From assembly GCA_963816145.1 (NCBI GenBank), contig CAWFJP010000003.1:512001-576000 (forward strand): a stretch of 64,000 nt of DNA. The letters are read 5' to 3'. Position 1 is the stretch's first letter. Each line of letters opens with the position of its first letter. Position numbers and translations under genes: made by a program. Under the pieces are notes generated by a model. It was not told the DNA's origin, ran no database searches, and saw only the letters and a list, made by a program, of their open reading frames with translations. This document shows positions 59,850 to 64,000 of the stretch, in pieces. This stretch comes from an uncultured delta proteobacterium. Lineage in GTDB: Bacteria; Desulfobacterota; Binatia; UBA9968.

Positions 59850-60188
59850 ATGAGCGACTTGACACTTCATCCGATGAAGGAGATTCGGATCATCATCGAG
59901 GGAGAACAGCTCAAATTTGCCACCGACCTTCTGGACAATAAAGCAACGGGCTACACCGTTGTCCACAACATCTCGGGAAAAGGCCACCACGGCTTTCACA
60001 CGGCCCATCCCATGTTCAACGAAATGGACAGTATCGTGATGCTCATGACGGTTGTGACGGCGGAGCACGTGGAGCCCATTCTGGCCGGGCTAAAGCCGCT
60101 GTTCGCTCGCCACACCGGCGTCATGTTTGTCTCAGATGTTGCCGTCAGTCGGCTTGAATATTTCTCCACAGACGCCGACGGCAAATGA
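59850..60188 (+). CDS. P-II superfamily (SbtB-like) regulator
   Basis: MK.I.IIIEG, GYT....SGKG and G..FVSDV.V.R; AAGGAG RBS; follows dabA. Confidence 0.85.
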   Translation: MSDLTLHPMKEIRIIIEGEQLKFATDLLDNKATGYTVVHNISGKGHHGFHTAHPMFNEMDSIVMLMTVVTAEHVEPILAGLKPLFARHTGVMFVSDVAVSRLEYFSTDADGK

Positions 60189-60335
60189 CGAGTTAGCTAT
60201 CAATCGTCAGGGCTCGCTCTCGATAGTAACACTTTCCGGGATTTAGGGAGTTTACCTGTCCCAACGGGTATGAGATTCTTTTAACCGATGGCTGCCCTTG
60301 GGACGAAAACTTTCTCCCCGAAAGGTCGACAAACT

Positions 60336-61205
60336 ATGAGCGAATCAACGATTCCTGGATTGACTCTCTATAGTCGCGGCAAGGTCCGCGATATTTACGA
60401 CCTCGGCGACAAACTCCTACTGGTCGCCAGCGACCGCATTTCCGCGTTCGACGTGATCCTGCCGACACCGATTCCCGACAAGGGTAAAATCCTCACGCAA
60501 CTCTCGGAATTTTGGTTTAGGAAGATCGGCGATATCGTGCCGAACCATTTGATCACGACGGACGTCGAGCGTTTTCCCGATCCCTGTCAAACATACCGGT
60601 CGGCCATCGAAGGACGCAGCATGCTGGTTAAAAAAAGCACGCCGGCTCCAGTCGAATGCATCGTGCGCGGATACATCACCGGCTCCGGTTGGAAAGATTA
60701 TCAAAAGACCGGCGCGGTTTGCGGTATTGCCCTGCCCCCGGGCTTAGTCGAAGCCGCGCGTCTCGACGAACCGATCTTCACACCTTCTACTAAAGCTGCC
60801 GTTGGCGATCACGACCTCAATATTACCTTTGACGCAATGATCGAAAAAGTCGGCAAGGTCAAAGCCGAGAAGATGCGCGATGCCACTGTCGCGATTTATC
60901 AGCGCGCTCAGGTTCTGGCCGAGACCAAGGGCATCATCATCGCCGATACTAAATTTGAATTTGGCATGGAAGGCGACGATATTATGCTCATCGACGAGGT
61001 GCTGACACCAGATTCATCGCGCTTTTGGCCGATGGACGGCTACCGGCCGGGGAAAACCCCGGACAGCTTCGACAAACAGTTCGTGCGCGACTATCTGCTG
61101 AAACTCAATTGGGATATGAAACCGCCGGCGCCGGAATTGCCGCCCGATATTGTCAGGAAGACCCAAGACAAATACAACGAAGCGCTCAGACGGCTAACCG
61201 CCTAG
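60336..61205 (+). CDS. purC: phosphoribosylaminoimidazole-succinocarboxamide (SAICAR) synthase
   Basis: [42 protein letters not shown] and DKQFVRD. Confidence 0.97.
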   Translation: MSESTIPGLTLYSRGKVRDIYDLGDKLLLVASDRISAFDVILPTPIPDKGKILTQLSEFWFRKIGDIVPNHLITTDVERFPDPCQTYRSAIEGRSMLVKKSTPAPVECIVRGYITGSGWKDYQKTGAVCGIALPPGLVEAARLDEPIFTPSTKAAVGDHDLNITFDAMIEKVGKVKAEKMRDATVAIYQRAQVLAETKGIIIADTKFEFGMEGDDIMLIDEVLTPDSSRFWPMDGYRPGKTPDSFDKQFVRDYLLKLNWDMKPPAPELPPDIVRKTQDKYNEALRRLTA

Positions 61206-61775
61206 CCGCTTGGCGGTGCGGTCACGCTCGAGTTTGTCGGCCCATTCGAAACAGTCGCCGACAACCCGCCCGATATAGCGGCAAGCGGCCTGTAGGTCGT
61301 GATCGAAGGGGATATGAACGAAAGCGAAGCCGCCGCAATGCTCTTGCCGTTCGAGATCTTCAAGCATCACATACATTGAGTAGTTGCAGACGTAGTCTCC
61401 GGCGTTGATGGATTTTGCCGATGGACGTGTTACGGAGAGCGGCATGGTCGCCGGAATCCAGGCTTCTCCCCCCGCGGTGATCGGCCGTGGCGCGCTGGTT
61501 TTACTGGCACGGCGGCGATTGATTGCCCTGGTCTCGACCTCGATCCTAGGCCGCGCAGATTGGCCCAAACCCAACACCATCAAAGGCATGGGCTTTCGCA
61601 GCGCGTCGACGAATTGCTTACGGTGAAAGCGCACCGGGAAGATAATTTTCCGCAGTCCCGGCCGCGCAGGCAAGGACTCGATGATTTGAGCGGTGATATT
61701 CTCGGAAAACCCGCGATACGGTCCAAAGCCGTACACCAGCACCCGGACCGGCGATTTACGGCTGCGACGCGGCAT
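61194..61775 (-). CDS. pcp: pyroglutamyl-peptidase I (C15)
   Basis: [20 protein letters not shown] and FVHIP (Glu-Cys-His triad). Confidence 0.88.
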   Translation of the reverse strand: MPRRSRKSPVRVLVYGFGPYRGFSENITAQIIESLPARPGLRKIIFPVRFHRKQFVDALRKPMPLMVLGLGQSARPRIEVETRAINRRRASKTSAPRPITAGGEAWIPATMPLSVTRPSAKSINAGDYVCNYSMYVMLEDLERQEHCGGFAFVHIPFDHDLQAACRYIGRVVGDCFEWADKLERDRTAKRLGG

Positions 61776-61789
61776 GAATGAACGAACTC

Positions 61790-61826
61790 AAAACCGCCCT
61801 GGCCGCCCGAAAGCGGCCAGGGCTTT
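61790..61826 (-). terminator. intrinsic terminator downstream of thiC
   Basis: gccctggccgc-ccgaaa-gcggccagggc hairpin with flanking A/T tracts. Confidence 0.75.
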
Positions 61827-61849
61827 GGTGGGTCAATAGTTGCCGGCGA

Positions 61850-64000
<2,151 letters not shown>

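Overview
A ~64-kb, GC-rich (roughly 55-60% by eye) bacterial chromosomal segment of mostly metabolic and housekeeping genes. I found no rRNA, tRNA, CRISPR array, prophage or transposase. The style (many orphan NMT1/TAXI solute-binding proteins, divergent M24/UbiD/ThDP enzymes, dense intergenic palindromes) suggests a deltaproteobacteria-like lineage such as Ca. Binatia, but this is inference only. Recognisable content: a MaoC/acyl-CoA dehydrogenase/CitE cluster, many transporters, two GSTs, an RNase Sa-barstar pair next to comEA, a DUF2235 lipase, an actinobacterial-type (Sdh1-like) succinate dehydrogenase operon, pilT-pilU, a UbiD decarboxylase, purK/purE/purC and thiC. Highlights not shown by the ORF track: (1) a DAB/DAC inorganic-carbon pump operon lying between purEK and purC, with an apparently fused double membrane subunit, a His-rich P-II/SbtB-like gene and an uncalled 57-aa upstream ORF; (2) an ArsC/Spx-family selenoprotein (UxxC, in-frame TGA plus a SECIS-like hairpin); (3) two tandem paralogues of an unknown internally repeated protein downstream of pilTU; (4) a ~210-bp MITE-like element in two ~90% identical copies, plus several REP-like repeat families; (5) two genuine nonsense pseudogenes, and four genes broken by single-base indels that are probably sequencing errors.
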